Positions 38,910 to 47,277 of a DNA stretch of 64,000 bases are shown piece by piece (positions within the stretch are counted from its first letter, which is position 1; each line of letters begins with the position of its first letter). The position numbers were made by a program, and so were the translations under genes. A model generated the notes under the pieces. It did no database searches, was not told the origin of the DNA, and was given only the letters and a program-made list of their open reading frames with translations. Source of the stretch: a virus (Duplodnaviria; Caudoviricetes); the IMG/VR virus record IMGVR_UViG_3300037065_000037, positions 1,540 through 65,539 of that record. One strand, 5' to 3'.

Positions 38910-39899
38910 CTACTGTACGGCGCCGCCAAAACTTGCCGAGGACATCGCCGACTTCAGAACATCCTCGTCAGCCATCGCTTCGGACATCGCTTGCTCGAAG
39001 GACTTTACCTCGCGAACCTTGGTTCCCTTCGCGTCGGTGCGCTCGGTGTATGGGTTGAACTCGCCCTCTTTGGCCACGGTCGTGTGAAGCGGATTGCGTG
39101 ACTGAGGCGGGGTGAGAGAAGCCAACTTGCTCTTATCCTCGATCTCTTTGGTAAGCTTGACCGTTTCCTGTGCCTTCCACTCGTCGCGCTCGGCCTTCTT
39201 GCGCGCATCCCATGTCAGCCGGTCCACAGCGTCATTGATCTGAAGGAAGCCGTCCTTGTCTTTAAGCTGGTGATCGGAGGCATATTTGTAGGCCGTCTCA
39301 TAATCGACCGTAACGCCTTTGGGAAGGGACTTGGTAGCGTCGGCAAACTGCTCCTGGTACTGATCATTCAGATAACGGCCAACCGAAGTGTTCAGGACAC
39401 CCGTCACACGGCCAAGCGCGTCGGTCATGGTCGTCTTCAGGCCGTTGATCTCAGTTGGAAACGCATCCAGCTTGGCGCGCAGATCAGTGATGGTCTGATC
39501 TCGCTGGGCCAGCTCTGACTTGACCAACTTGACTACTGGGCCGAGGAGCGGATCATTCTCGTCCAAATTGAACTCTGCAGCCGCGGCGGTGCGGACCTGA
39601 GCGGCGGTGGGCTGAGATGGAAGGGATTGAGCCGACTGCGGAGGCGGAACAACATGAACCTTGCCGTCGCTGTCTTGCACCATCCACCCGGCATTGATCG
39701 CTTCTTGAAACTTAGACGTAAAAGCCAATTCAGCTTGGTTAAGATAGCCTTGACGCTCTTCAATCTGCGCAGTCAAGGCCTTGCGTTCCTCGACAGGAAG
39801 AGAACGAATCTCGCCGACCTGCACAGTCGAGCCATCAGGCAGGCTTAGCACCATATCATCAGCGTATTTCCCGTTGGAAAGAATATCTTTGAGGGCCAT
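38910..39899 (-). CDS. Scaffolding-like protein
   Basis: Charged helical protein directly upstream of the capsid gene; AAGGAG SD. Confidence 0.6.
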   Translation of the reverse strand: MALKDILSNGKYADDMVLSLPDGSTVQVGEIRSLPVEERKALTAQIEERQGYLNQAELAFTSKFQEAINAGWMVQDSDGKVHVVPPPQSAQSLPSQPTAAQVRTAAAAEFNLDENDPLLGPVVKLVKSELAQRDQTITDLRAKLDAFPTEINGLKTTMTDALGRVTGVLNTSVGRYLNDQYQEQFADATKSLPKGVTVDYETAYKYASDHQLKDKDGFLQINDAVDRLTWDARKKAERDEWKAQETVKLTKEIEDKSKLASLTPPQSRNPLHTTVAKEGEFNPYTERTDAKGTKVREVKSFEQAMSEAMADEDVLKSAMSSASFGGAVQ

Positions 39900-39936
39900 G
39901 GGGGAGGACTCCTTTTAGGTCTGTTGCGGCTGGGGG

Positions 39937-40461
39937 CTACCCAGCCTGTTGTGATTGCTGCCCGCCGACTGGCGCGGAACCTTGCCGACCAGCCGGATGC
40001 GGAATAGCTGCGTTGTTGGCGATAGGTCCAGCGGCGGACGTAGTCGCCGCGGCCTTCTCCGCTTCTTGGATTGCGCTATCAAGATACTTGACCACGTTGG
40101 CCAGATTGCGCGACACGCCCGGCATAGTGAACGCGGCTCTTGTGTAGAGCTGAACCGCCATGGACTTCTGCGAGGTTAATGACTTGACCATCGCATCCGG
40201 GTCCGCGCCCTGCAGCTCGGCCAATTGCTGAGAAAGCTGCAAACCAGCGGGAACGGTAGGAGGTGAATTCGGATCGGAGCCCGAACCGCCCGCACCAGAA
40301 TCGGAACCCGGGCCAGGTCCGCCCGCTTGTCCAGTCATTCCCGATTGGGGAGGCATCGGACTACCGGGACCAGCAGACGAGCCACCACCGGCTCCGCCGA
40401 CAAACTTACCAATCAGCTGCCGAGCCATCATCTGTGCCAAAGCCGGATTTGCTGTTCCCAT
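39937..40461 (-). CDS. Hypothetical Gly/Pro-rich head-region protein
   Basis: GAAGG SD; helical core. Confidence 0.6.
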   Translation of the reverse strand: MGTANPALAQMMARQLIGKFVGGAGGGSSAGPGSPMPPQSGMTGQAGGPGPGSDSGAGGSGSDPNSPPTVPAGLQLSQQLAELQGADPDAMVKSLTSQKSMAVQLYTRAAFTMPGVSRNLANVVKYLDSAIQEAEKAAATTSAAGPIANNAAIPHPAGRQGSAPVGGQQSQQAG

Positions 40462-40521
40462 TGAAAGCCTTCTTGTTATGCTCAACTACGTTCGCGCCGA
40501 ACGATTTATCAGGCTCGTGCT

Positions 40522-40707
40522 TTACCGACCCGCCCAATGAGGCTTGTCGCCGCCCTCGGGAATCAGGCCAAGTGGATCTTTGGGCTGAGCAATCGGGTTG
40601 TTGTAAACATCGGGACCGGGTTCGTTACCGACGCGGCCGACGGTCAGGGGGGACTTCAAAATGTCCTCGTTAAAAGTGTTGCCCATCGATTCCTTGATCT
40701 TCGCCAT
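40522..40707 (-). CDS. Small hypothetical protein (61 aa)
   Basis: AAGGAG SD. Confidence 0.65.
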   Translation of the reverse strand: MAKIKESMGNTFNEDILKSPLTVGRVGNEPGPDVYNNPIAQPKDPLGLIPEGGDKPHWAGR

Positions 40708-40763
40708 GATGCTGCTCCTTGGAACTGAGTTCGTTGTGCTGATTGATCGCTTCGACAGGCTGA

Positions 40764-40847
40764 CTACTTCCTGCCGGCCCTGCTCTTGCCTACGCGCCGG
40801 TCAACCTTCTTGGTCATCCGGGGAATTGCACAGCCTCTACCTGCCAT
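40764..40847 (-). CDS. 27-aa basic micro-protein
   Basis: AAGGAG SD; MAGRGCAIPRMTKKVDRRVGKSRAGRK. Confidence 0.65.
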   Translation of the reverse strand: MAGRGCAIPRMTKKVDRRVGKSRAGRK

Positions 40848-41000
40848 GATCGAATCTCCTTGGGACTTGGGCCAGAAGATTTACATCCCTGGCCCGCATC
40901 CTGTCTTGCGCATCGAACGCTTTCAGCGGGGAGGGCGGGGTTAGTCCCCCACCAACTCCCACCATCGCCGCCGAACGGGCAGACTGGCGAGCCAGTCCCC

Positions 41001-41060
41001 CTACTTGCGAGCGGCGGTGCGCCGACGCCGAACGGATCGTCTTCCTCCGCGAGCAGCCAT
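41001..41060 (-). CDS. 19-aa Arg-rich micro-protein
   Basis: AAGGAGGT SD; MAARGGRRSVRRRRTAARK. Confidence 0.65.
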   Translation of the reverse strand: MAARGGRRSVRRRRTAARK

Positions 41061-41182
41061 GCGTACCTCCTTCGCTCCGGTTGCCAGACAACAGGCCTGT
41101 CAGGAATGGTTGCTCCTGAAGGTCCAGTCCAACTGTTAAGAAGGCGGGGCGCGAAGGCCAGCAGCACCGTCTCCGGGATGAG

Positions 41183-41323
41183 TCAGGACCGCTTGGCCGC
41201 ACGGGCAGAACGAGTCTTTCCAGCACGGTTGCCAATCTTGGCACGCATGTCACGCAGGAACTTCCGGGGTTGACCAAAGTCCTTGACAACACGGGATGGA
41301 ATTTTACGGGGAGTTCCGGCCAT
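41183..41323 (-). CDS. 46-aa basic micro-protein
   Basis: AAAGGAG SD; MAGTPRKIPSRVVKDFGQPRKFLRDMRAKIGNRAGKTRSARAAKRS. Confidence 0.65.
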   Translation of the reverse strand: MAGTPRKIPSRVVKDFGQPRKFLRDMRAKIGNRAGKTRSARAAKRS

Positions 41324-41410
41324 CTGGATTCGGGCTCCTTTCAAGAAGTTGACGCGTGACTAAAATGAAGCGCAAAAGGCAACGGAAGAGGATAAATCCT
41401 CTCGGGCTGA

Positions 41411-41476
41411 CTACTTACGCTTTGCAGCGGCACGCCGCTGCGCCTTGGTCTCACCGCGATGGGTACGCTTGGACAT
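41411..41476 (-). CDS. 21-aa basic micro-protein
   Basis: AAAGGAG SD; MSKRTHRGETKAQRRAAAKRK. Confidence 0.65.
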   Translation of the reverse strand: MSKRTHRGETKAQRRAAAKRK

Positions 41477-41545
41477 GATGGTTCTCCTTTTGCACAAACT
41501 CAAGTCAGAGCCGAAGCCCAAACATGAACAGGTGCGATTGAGAAA

Positions 41546-41596
41546 AGGATATGGCAAGGAAAGGGCGAAGTCCATCCCCTAGGCACAACACTAAAT
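41546..41596 (-). promoter_or_regulatory. Candidate activator-dependent late promoter (box ATTTAGTGTTGTG plus TATCCT)
   Basis: The 13-mer is identical to 47222-47234; -10-like hexamer 32 nt downstream. Confidence 0.5.
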
Positions 41597-41612
41597 AGGT
41601 GAGGGTAAGGCG

Positions 41613-42257
41613 TTAGTAAATATTCTGAATGAAAGTTCTGCCTGAATGCGGCCTGCCTGAGCAAAATCGATAAGTCGGAATGCCAAACGCGGCCAACGTG
41701 CCATTTCTAAGCCAAGCATGAACCGTGTAAGGACGGCGGCCTACTACCTGAGCAAATTCATTGACCGTCAACCAATGAGTACGCCACAAACAGGGAGGAA
41801 TGCGCCGCGCGGAAGAAGCGTGTAAAGAAGGACGGCGAGGGGCGGCGGCAAGAGCGCAATCCCCAGATAAAACTGGAGCCACTGTTTCGTGCATTTTATC
41901 AGCTCCAAGCATCGCGGGTAGCAAAATTGCGTGTCCGCTATCGGATCTTCTGCTAATCGCAAATTCCCAACGGGTAATCCAGCGACAATTTCCGGCCGGC
42001 GGGCAGCAACGAGGGCAAAGAAATCCTAAATCAGAATTTCTCCTACTAAGGCACATATTCTGCGCACGCGGACCCATATCAGCCGCGAACTGATCAAAAT
42101 CACGCAACCAATGCTCGCACATCACCAACCCACGTTTGCCAATCCGTTGCCAACTATCCTGGTTGGGATTAATTGCACTCTGCTTAGCGCCTTGCCAAAC
42201 AGCGTACACAGGATTGGCGGTAGATCGTATGCGCATTTTCGTTAGCATTTCCGTCAA
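41613..42257 (-). CDS. Degenerate HNH-like domain fused to an excisionase/MerR-like HTH
   Basis: YAVWQGAKQ..NP..GKRGL.MC..W..F..F..DMG.R..NCRW parallels the 798..1697 core; WLTVNEFAQVVGR..TVHAWLRNG HTH. Confidence 0.6.
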   Translation of the reverse strand: MTEMLTKMRIRSTANPVYAVWQGAKQSAINPNQDSWQRIGKRGLVMCEHWLRDFDQFAADMGPRAQNMCLSRRNSDLGFLCPRCCPPAGNCRWITRWEFAISRRSDSGHAILLPAMLGADKMHETVAPVLSGDCALAAAPRRPSLHASSARRIPPCLWRTHWLTVNEFAQVVGRRPYTVHAWLRNGTLAAFGIPTYRFCSGRPHSGRTFIQNIY

Positions 42258-42318
42258 CCCTCTCGATCCTGCTTTTGCGTGCGTTGCGCAAACTTTTTCA
42301 TCTTTTCACCCAAATACC

Positions 42319-44091
42319 TTATTTTCTACCCGACTTCACCTTAGCCAGCGCAGCCAAAGCCTGACTGGTCTGCTGCTCGTGCGCGATGCCCTCTGGATCA
42401 GGATAGCCCAACGTGCGCAGTCCACGTTCCGGCCCGACCACGCCGGACTTCATCAGGTCAGGTGTGATCTTGCGCACAATGGCCTCCGACAGCGGCCGCA
42501 CACTTGCCTCGTCCAATGCCACATCAAACGTGCTCGGATCAACCTGTCCGTTCCATGCCGCAAGAGTGATCCCCTCTGGACCTCGATAAGGTAATGTCGT
42601 CGACTGTTGGTACTTGCACATCGTGTCGAAGAAAAACTCGCCTGTCATTTGCGCCGTTTCGGTGAGCCAACGTCCGGCAAGCTGAAGCAGACCGGAGGAC
42701 TGCAGCACAGCCGAGTCAAACAAATCGGTCGAAACGTTCCCCGCACCAGGATTACCCTGCCGCGAAGCAGAGAATCCAAGGCAATCATTCTGAAGAGAAA
42801 GCAGCTTCTCAGCCCCTTGCAGCGCACTGTTGCCTATGGCCTGGGGAGTGATCGGCGATGGAGGCTTGCTACCTGGCTTGATCGTTACCACCTCGCCCGG
42901 AAGACCTCCAAAGCCATCAATGTCAATTCCTGTATTCTCTTCGATCACCCACAATGCGTTGTTCATACGCAGGCCATTCTCGAAGATCTGCGAGTAAAAT
43001 CTCTGGGCAAGCCTCTGCATATTCTCGGTCATACGAGTAGCTGGAATCCCCCACGGACCGAACAGTGGTGGCAGAACGTAATTTGGGAAGATAGGAAACC
43101 TGGGCGCGTTCAAATCGCGGCGGCGAGGATATGGGTTGTCTCCATCCTGCAAAATCACACCCTCGCACTCGACCAGCCAGCGGCCGTTGGGATACTTCAG
43201 CCGAACTTCCGGGTCAATCAACGAAGTTGCGGGCACGTCCGCCTTCTCGACCGTCTCACGGGTGTAATCCCGACAGAACACATGCCTTACCAGCACACGC
43301 CACTCGGAGGTTTGCGTGCGGGCGTTCTGGCCGGAGAGCCCAGGCATCGACGACATCGGGCCGGAGGGCTGATGAATACCATATCCCGAGTCACCTGAAA
43401 AAGGCTGGAATCCACCTGAAGTGTGCCGCGGGGCGATCGCACGAGCAGTTCCTGGCCATTTCAGCCGAACATCTTCCAAGTTCATCCATGTGCCCCAGCC
43501 TGCGTAGGCGGGATTCCATGTGTAGTCCGCGCCGGGATCGAAAAACACCAGCCGTGGATCAATCGACCTTGCCCACATACCGCCGCGCGCGCGAGAGAGA
43601 TCAGAATCGAACCCGGCAACAATCCACCCGGCGCCGCAATACCGTGCCGTCAGCCCAGCCATAAGCAGATGCAGATTCATTTTGCTGATCTGCCACTGAG
43701 CCTGAAGGGAAACCTCACGGGCGAGGTCACGAGCGGAGGTGGGAGCTAAGGAGGAATCCGCTTGCCGCGCGCCAGAGTAGGAGGGGTCAGATGCACCGGC
43801 AGACGGGAACACATACATCCGTGGGGAGAGGTTCGAGACCTGATTCGCCTCCTCCAGCATGATCCGCTGCAGCATGGGAATTGACAGAGATGGACGGTAA
43901 ACGGGACCGGGGGCCATCGCATCTTGAAGATTGTAGAGGTCTTCGGCAGATTTAGCGAAATTCTCCCCAAGGGCTTTGTTGCGCGCAGAGTCCGAAGCCT
44001 CCACCCACTCCTGTATGTGGCGAGCCCTGGGGTCGATTGACTCCTGCTTCGCGGACTTGCGCGCCGTTCCGATGAACGTCAAATTCCCCAT
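42319..44091 (-). CDS. Portal protein
   Basis: 590 aa between terminase and capsid genes; IDPRLVFFDP, NPY...FP, PGEVV, LG...SRQG features of P22-type portals. Confidence 0.75.
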   Translation of the reverse strand: MGNLTFIGTARKSAKQESIDPRARHIQEWVEASDSARNKALGENFAKSAEDLYNLQDAMAPGPVYRPSLSIPMLQRIMLEEANQVSNLSPRMYVFPSAGASDPSYSGARQADSSLAPTSARDLAREVSLQAQWQISKMNLHLLMAGLTARYCGAGWIVAGFDSDLSRARGGMWARSIDPRLVFFDPGADYTWNPAYAGWGTWMNLEDVRLKWPGTARAIAPRHTSGGFQPFSGDSGYGIHQPSGPMSSMPGLSGQNARTQTSEWRVLVRHVFCRDYTRETVEKADVPATSLIDPEVRLKYPNGRWLVECEGVILQDGDNPYPRRRDLNAPRFPIFPNYVLPPLFGPWGIPATRMTENMQRLAQRFYSQIFENGLRMNNALWVIEENTGIDIDGFGGLPGEVVTIKPGSKPPSPITPQAIGNSALQGAEKLLSLQNDCLGFSASRQGNPGAGNVSTDLFDSAVLQSSGLLQLAGRWLTETAQMTGEFFFDTMCKYQQSTTLPYRGPEGITLAAWNGQVDPSTFDVALDEASVRPLSEAIVRKITPDLMKSGVVGPERGLRTLGYPDPEGIAHEQQTSQALAALAKVKSGRK

Positions 44092-44131
44092 CTAAGCCCC
44101 TGTCCATCTTCAGAGTAGCACCACCCTGTCG

Positions 44132-45976
44132 CTAGTGCACCCGCCGCGCAGTGATGTTTCCATAAGCCGTCACCGTACCCGCCGTGAATGTCGCTTCAGC
44201 CACAAGGTAGATGGGAGTTGACACAGACACGTTGACAATCTTGCGTGTGATAGCGAGGCTGGTGTTGAAGGATGTCGTGGCAATTACCGCCATAACTCCG
44301 AAGAACTGCTCTGTACCATCGGTGGGAAGAGCGGCCGTGGCAGTGCCGATTCCGCTCTCCCAGATGGACGAAACCGAAGCACTTGCAGTGCTCGCCACAT
44401 AAGTAACGCTACCTGAGACATCCCAATCGCCAGCCGTCAAGGTAATTGATGTGACATTCTTTGGGGTAGCTGTCGTCAGAGAAACGGCTGAGCCTGATGG
44501 GATCAAAGAGGAAAGTGGCTGCCCAACGTATCCCGCCGCCGCTGCCGCTCCGCTTGTCACGCCAGCAATTCCTACTGTCGATGAAATCGCGCCAAGAAAG
44601 TTGGTTGGACCCTGGTTTCCAGGGACCAGTATGCAACCAGTTTCCGTCGTTAAATTGAAACCAAAGGAGAGGTACACATTAGAGTTTGGACAGCTTACCC
44701 CCGCGCCAGCCGTGGTAATAAGCCCACTGATCGCATGCGCCGTAGTTGGGCTGTTGGCTGTTGGGAGATATATGTTTGCCGTCCCCGCTACCGTACTCAA
44801 CAGCCCCCCATTGAGAAGAAGCTGCCCCCCAGCGGTCATATCAACGTTGTACCCGCTGGATTTGATCATGTTCGGGTTGTAGAGCGCAATTAAAGCGCCC
44901 GGTCCACCCGATGTGATCTTTTGGCTTCCGGTGATTGCCTCTCCGTAAAGCAACGCCGCTGTCGAGGCCCCTCCAACTGTAAAAATATTGCTGTTCCCGC
45001 TCAGATTTGTGCCGAACGCATGGAGATACCCTTGGGCTAAATTCACATTTCCGAGAAATGCCCCACCATGCTTCTCGCTGCGATCTGTGCCTGCATAGTT
45101 GTATGTCACAGCCGCGCCATCGATCAAATCGTAGGAGATAGTCTTGGCAGTGAGGGTAAGGCCGCCGGTGACCGTCCACGTCGAGTTGTTTCCGTAGACT
45201 GTCAGTGGAATGGCTGGAAGAACGGTTGCCACAGAATTGGCATATGAAGCGTTCGGACTGGTGAATACCGATGCCAATCCTGTGCTTGGAATAACCAATG
45301 TTGGGAGGTTTTTATACGGGCGCTCAATCGTTCCGTCTTCAACGTAGCCGTCGGTTCGGTTCAAGCTCAAGGTGAGATTATGTGTGTCGGTCGCCGGATA
45401 CACAAAAGCAGTCGTATTGAGCGCAGTCTGATAAGGCTGTGCACCCGCTGATCCCCCGGACAGACTACTCGCACCTGATCCACCGCTACCAAAATAAGCC
45501 ACTCCCGTTTTGTTGTCCTGGTAGTAGAGCGCTGGCGCACCCGCACTGACAGCAGTGGAGTAATCCCCGGCAGCGCTTACGGTCACCAACGACGAATAGC
45601 ACTGTTGATATGTGTCAAGCCACGTAAGCGAGGCCGGAGCCGGATAAGCTGGAGCGGAGCAAATGGCGAACTTCCAGTAAGTTGCAGTCGTGCCCGGAGG
45701 AGGCGCGAAGGCCGAGTTTGGGTAGATTGAGACCGCGAGCGAGCCCGTTGAGCTAAGCGAACCAGAAAAAGAAGGCGGGATGACCGTGCCACTGGATTGA
45801 ATCGCCGCGCCAGAGGAGTCCACCAAAGATATTTGGTAGGAACCGTACTCGTAAGGCGCGGAATTGGCGCCAATGGCGGTCGCGGTTACGGCAACGGGGA
45901 CCGGCACTTGCGCCGAGGCGAGCGCCACGCACCCGGCCAAGGATATGGCAGCAAAGATCATCTTCGACGTAGACAC
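44132..45976 (-). CDS. Fibre-like protein with signal peptide, outside the tail cluster
   Basis: AAISLAGCVALASA-Q; DGTIERPYK; C-terminal VTSITLTAGDWDVSG..ITARRV fibre-tip domain. Confidence 0.65.
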   Translation of the reverse strand: MSTSKMIFAAISLAGCVALASAQVPVPVAVTATAIGANSAPYEYGSYQISLVDSSGAAIQSSGTVIPPSFSGSLSSTGSLAVSIYPNSAFAPPPGTTATYWKFAICSAPAYPAPASLTWLDTYQQCYSSLVTVSAAGDYSTAVSAGAPALYYQDNKTGVAYFGSGGSGASSLSGGSAGAQPYQTALNTTAFVYPATDTHNLTLSLNRTDGYVEDGTIERPYKNLPTLVIPSTGLASVFTSPNASYANSVATVLPAIPLTVYGNNSTWTVTGGLTLTAKTISYDLIDGAAVTYNYAGTDRSEKHGGAFLGNVNLAQGYLHAFGTNLSGNSNIFTVGGASTAALLYGEAITGSQKITSGGPGALIALYNPNMIKSSGYNVDMTAGGQLLLNGGLLSTVAGTANIYLPTANSPTTAHAISGLITTAGAGVSCPNSNVYLSFGFNLTTETGCILVPGNQGPTNFLGAISSTVGIAGVTSGAAAAAGYVGQPLSSLIPSGSAVSLTTATPKNVTSITLTAGDWDVSGSVTYVASTASASVSSIWESGIGTATAALPTDGTEQFFGVMAVIATTSFNTSLAITRKIVNVSVSTPIYLVAEATFTAGTVTAYGNITARRVH

Positions 45977-45980
45977 TGGT

Positions 45981-46166
45981 TTATCTCCTTTTGCGGCTGC
46001 GCTTGGATTGAGACTTCTTCACGACAGAATTGGCGCCGCGGATCGCGCGCGCATCGCTGCCGGTTCGCTCAAGAATCGAATTCGCCACGTCACTCCACTG
46101 GCGCCTGCGCTTCGGCGTATTGGCCGCATGATCATATTTGCCAGCATCTTTGGCCTTCCACGGCAT
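45981..46166 (-). CDS. 61-aa basic protein
   Basis: GGAGGT SD; MPWKAKDA..RQWSDVANS..AIRGANS..KRSRKRR. Confidence 0.7.
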   Translation of the reverse strand: MPWKAKDAGKYDHAANTPKRRRQWSDVANSILERTGSDARAIRGANSVVKKSQSKRSRKRR

Positions 46167-46170
46167 ACAG

Positions 46171-46446
46171 CTACCTCCGCTTGCCTGCCGCAGGCCTTGC
46201 CGGCGCACGCTTGGGGGATCGCTTTGTAGGCTGTCTGGCCGTGCCAGCTGCCTTTGCCGCCGCGTCTTTCTCAGCCTGCTGCCGAAAAGAGTCGTTAGCC
46301 TTCCGAACCATATCGTCGTGCCAGGAAGTGTCCTGCCGCTTAGGAAATACGGGCTGGCCCAATCGATCATACACAGCTTCAGCCTTACGCATAGACCTCA
46401 TATAAGGCCCAACGAGTGGCTCCGCAGCACCGTAATCCTGTGGCAT
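46171..46446 (-). CDS. Small protein with basic C-terminal tail
   Basis: Ends PTKRSPKRAPARPAAGKRR. Confidence 0.6.
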   Translation of the reverse strand: MPQDYGAAEPLVGPYMRSMRKAEAVYDRLGQPVFPKRQDTSWHDDMVRKANDSFRQQAEKDAAAKAAGTARQPTKRSPKRAPARPAAGKRR

Positions 46447-46449
46447 AGA

Positions 46450-46590
46450 TCAGCCCCGTTTCCGCGCCCGGCGCTTGCCGGGCTTCTTCTTGGCGTCGCG
46501 GACGGCTTGGCGAAGGAACTTGACAGGGTGAGAACGAGCTTCAAGAGCGGGAGTTTCCTGACTTTCGGGAACTGCGGCTTCGTGCTTCAT
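46450..46590 (-). CDS. 46-aa protein with basic tail (not in ORF track)
   Basis: AGGAGG SD; MKHEAAVPES..AKKKPGKRRARKRG. Confidence 0.6.
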   Translation of the reverse strand: MKHEAAVPESQETPALEARSHPVKFLRQAVRDAKKKPGKRRARKRG

Positions 46591-46952
46591 CGACGGCCTC
46601 CTACGCGCGGACGACGGCGACGAGCGCTGTTCCGTGCGGATGTGTGTAAAGCGTGACCAGATTGGGCAGCGGGGGCAGAGAATTCCTCCCCCGCTTCGGC
46701 TGGACTTGCGCCTGACTGCCCATCCCGTTTAATCGATTTCCGCTTGGACGCCTTGCCCCCGCCACCAAGCGCTGTCCTCGCGTGCTCCAAAGCGTCGTCC
46801 ACAGAGGCGGCGACACGCCGGATAGTCCGGCCATCCCCGTCCTTCTTTCCCCCGCGCTGATAGTGCCTGACAACAAATCCGTTGTCAGCAGGCTCGATGG
46901 TGACTTCGGGAGCTTCAGGAGAGGCGTGCATGGGAATGGAAGTGTTAGCCAC
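46587..46952 (-). CDS. Small protein with basic tail
   Basis: AAGGAG SD; VTIEPADNGFVV; ends RRRRPRVGGRR. Confidence 0.65.
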   Translation of the reverse strand: MANTSIPMHASPEAPEVTIEPADNGFVVRHYQRGGKKDGDGRTIRRVAASVDDALEHARTALGGGGKASKRKSIKRDGQSGASPAEAGEEFSAPAAQSGHALHTSARNSARRRRPRVGGRR

Positions 46953-47148
46953 GATGGCGGCTCCTTGCCTTCACCCGGCGGCGGGAGGACGAAACGCGAT
47001 GAGGCGTCGACACGGCGAGGCCGCCGCCGGAACGGCCGGGAGGCCTGGCAGAAGGATCACGAAAATTCTTGCGAGGATTTTCCGGGAGACCGGAAGAGAA
47101 CTCAGCGGGATCATTCGCGTCGTATTTGGGGCGGGCAGTGTTGGCCAA
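46945..47148 (-). CDS. Small protein with basic tail
   Basis: AGGAGG SD, TTG start; ends SRRRVKARSRHRG. Confidence 0.6.
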   Translation of the reverse strand: MANTARPKYDANDPAEFSSGLPENPRKNFRDPSARPPGRSGGGLAVSTPHRVSSSRRRVKARSRHRG

Positions 47149-47181
47149 GAAGGTTCCTCCTGTGGCGAGACGGTACTACTG

Positions 47182-47234
47182 AGGATAATAGTCGAATTGC
47201 GGGACAAGAGACCCGACATGACACAACACTAAAT
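47182..47234 (-). promoter_or_regulatory. Candidate activator-dependent late promoter (box ATTTAGTGTTGTG plus TATTAT/TATCCT)
   Basis: The 13-mer is identical to 41584-41596. Confidence 0.5.
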
Positions 47235-47239
47235 GCGAG

Positions 47240-47268
47240 TTGACAAAAATGAAAGTTTGCAATAAACT
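47240..47268 (+). promoter_or_regulatory. sigma70 promoter of the methyltransferase
   Basis: TTGACA-17 nt-TAAACT, 9 nt before the GTG start. Confidence 0.75.
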
Positions 47269-47277
47269 CTGAGCATC

